DNA from: an uncultured Gammaproteobacteria bacterium
GTDB lineage: Bacteria; Pseudomonadota; Gammaproteobacteria; JAURND01
DNA: 24,000 bases
NCBI GenBank assembly: GCA_963714975.1
Contig: CAVQQD010000002.1
Location: 238,209-262,208, forward strand
Direction of reading: 5' to 3'
In this document: positions 22,813 through 24,000 of the stretch, in pieces
Position numbering within the stretch: position 1 is the stretch's first letter
How the letters are laid out: each line of letters begins with the position of its first letter
Program-made: the position numbers and the translations under genes
The notes under the pieces: model-generated
The model's input: the letters and a program-made list of their open reading frames with translations, nothing else
What the model was told of the DNA's origin: nothing
Database searches by the model: none

Positions 22813-24000
22813 TTACTTCTCCATATGCCTAATAATCGCCTCGCCAAATTCACTGCTACCCAATAAAGTCGCGCCTGGGATGAGTCGTTCAAAATCATAA
22901 GTGACAGTTTTCGCTGCAATGGCGCCGCTAATGCCTTTGATAATTAAATCAGCAGCTTCTTTCCAACCCAGATATCGCAGCATCATTTCCGCTGATAAAA
23001 TCAAGGAACCAGGATTAACCTTATCTTGGCCGGCATATTTAGGCGCTGTGCCGTGAGTGGCTTCAAAACAAGCCGCTCGATCACCCATATTAGCCCCGGG
23101 GCAATACCAATACCGCCCACCTGGGCTGCTAAGGCATCTGAAATATAATCGCCATTTAAGTTTAAAGTCGCAATCACGCTATATTCTGCCGGACGCAATA
23201 AAATTTGCTGTAGAAAAGCATCGGCAATCATATCTTTAATCATAATTTCTTGCCCATTGTGAGGGTTTTTGATCACATGCCAAGGGCCCGCCATCTAAAG
23301 GAGTTGCGCCAAATCGTTCGCGGGCAATAGCATATCCCCATTCCTTAAATGCACCTTCAGTGAATTTCATGATATTGCCTTTATGCACCAGCGTAACGGA
23401 ATCGCGTTGATTATCGATGGCATATTGAATGGCGCGGGTGACTAGACGTTGCGTGCCTTCTTTTGAAACTGGTTTTACGCCAATACCGCAGTGCTGGGAA
23501 AACGAATTTTCGTCACCTTCATTTCATTGTTGTAAAAAATGAATGACTTTTTTTGCTTCAGGGGAGTCGGCTGGCCATTCAATCCCAGCATAAATATCTT
23601 CAGAATTTTCTCGGAAAATCACCATATTGGTCTTTTCTGGTTCTTTTAACGGGCTGGGAGTGCCGGGAAAATAACGAACTGGGCGTAAGCAAACATACAA
23701 ATCTAAATCTTGACGCAATGGCCACATTTAACGAACGAATGCCCCCGCCCACCGGTGTAGTAAGAGGGCCTTTAATGCTGATGACAAATTCACGTAAGGC
23801 TTCTAAGGTTTCTTCCGGCAACCATATGTCCTGGGCCATAGACATGGGTGGATTTTTCTCCAGCATAAATTTCCATCCAAGCAATTTGCCTTTCACCGCC
23901 ATATGCTTTAGCAATAGCCGCATCCACTACCTTGCGCATAGGGGGGGTAATATCCACGCCAATACCATCGCCCTCAATAAAAGGAATGATTGGTCGATTG
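22813..24000 (-). pseudogene. icd: NADP-dependent isocitrate dehydrogenase (E. coli Icd type), 5' end beyond the window, disrupted by at least 6 single-base frameshifts
   Basis: Pieces in three frames tile the Icd sequence in order: [53 protein letters not shown] / [38 protein letters not shown] / [45 protein letters not shown] / [11 protein letters not shown] / [39 protein letters not shown] / [31 protein letters not shown] / [39 protein letters not shown]. The shifts are at ~23834, ~23719, ~23527, ~23497, ~23286 and ~23097. Confidence 0.9.

Noticed and set aside
23057-23239. 60-aa plus-strand ORF inside icd
   Set aside because: It is antisense to clear Icd-coding sequence.
22813-23923. Treating the four minus-strand ORFs (22813-23088, 23001-23294, 23524-23727, 23600-23923) as separate genes
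   Set aside because: They are consecutive collinear pieces of a single Icd protein in different frames and are better described as one frameshifted gene.

Overview
AT-rich bacterial window. Gene content (E. coli-type icd, dps, a secreted histidine acid phosphatase) suggests a gammaproteobacterium, possibly Legionellales-like, but that is inference only. About 73% of the window (nt 1-17474, + strand) is the 3' part of one giant non-ribosomal peptide synthetase (NRPS). It is open from the window edge, so the ORF-track start at 385 is only the first in-frame start codon. Domain order read from core motifs: ...A-T-E | C-A-T-E | C-A-T | C-A-T | C-A-T-TE. Specificity codes extracted by hand predict the peptide tail D-Xaa / D-(allo)Thr / Gly / Gly / Phe-like, followed by thioesterase release. 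The gene is strongly mosaic. It holds a 3.6 kb segment repeated at 4680 bp spacing (12 differences) and a 3204 bp unit duplicated in exact tandem (18 differences in its first ~3 kb). Short junction sequences are nucleotide-identical between otherwise different modules, so the substrate-binding A-core looks like an exchanged cassette. A single frameshift next to an A6 run splits the last A domain at 15763-15786 and separates the final T-TE. Downstream lie a GC-rich ~325 bp foldback (MITE/REPIN-like) element, an SDR oxidoreductase, dps, a histidine acid phosphatase, a decayed IS4-family transposase (one in-frame stop and one frameshift), a small membrane-protein ORF, and an icd gene broken by at least six single-base frameshifts. 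I saw no rRNA, tRNA or CRISPR array. I found no defence or toxin system; the most novel content is the recombining NRPS and the repeat elements. All domain boundaries are approximate because they were read by eye.
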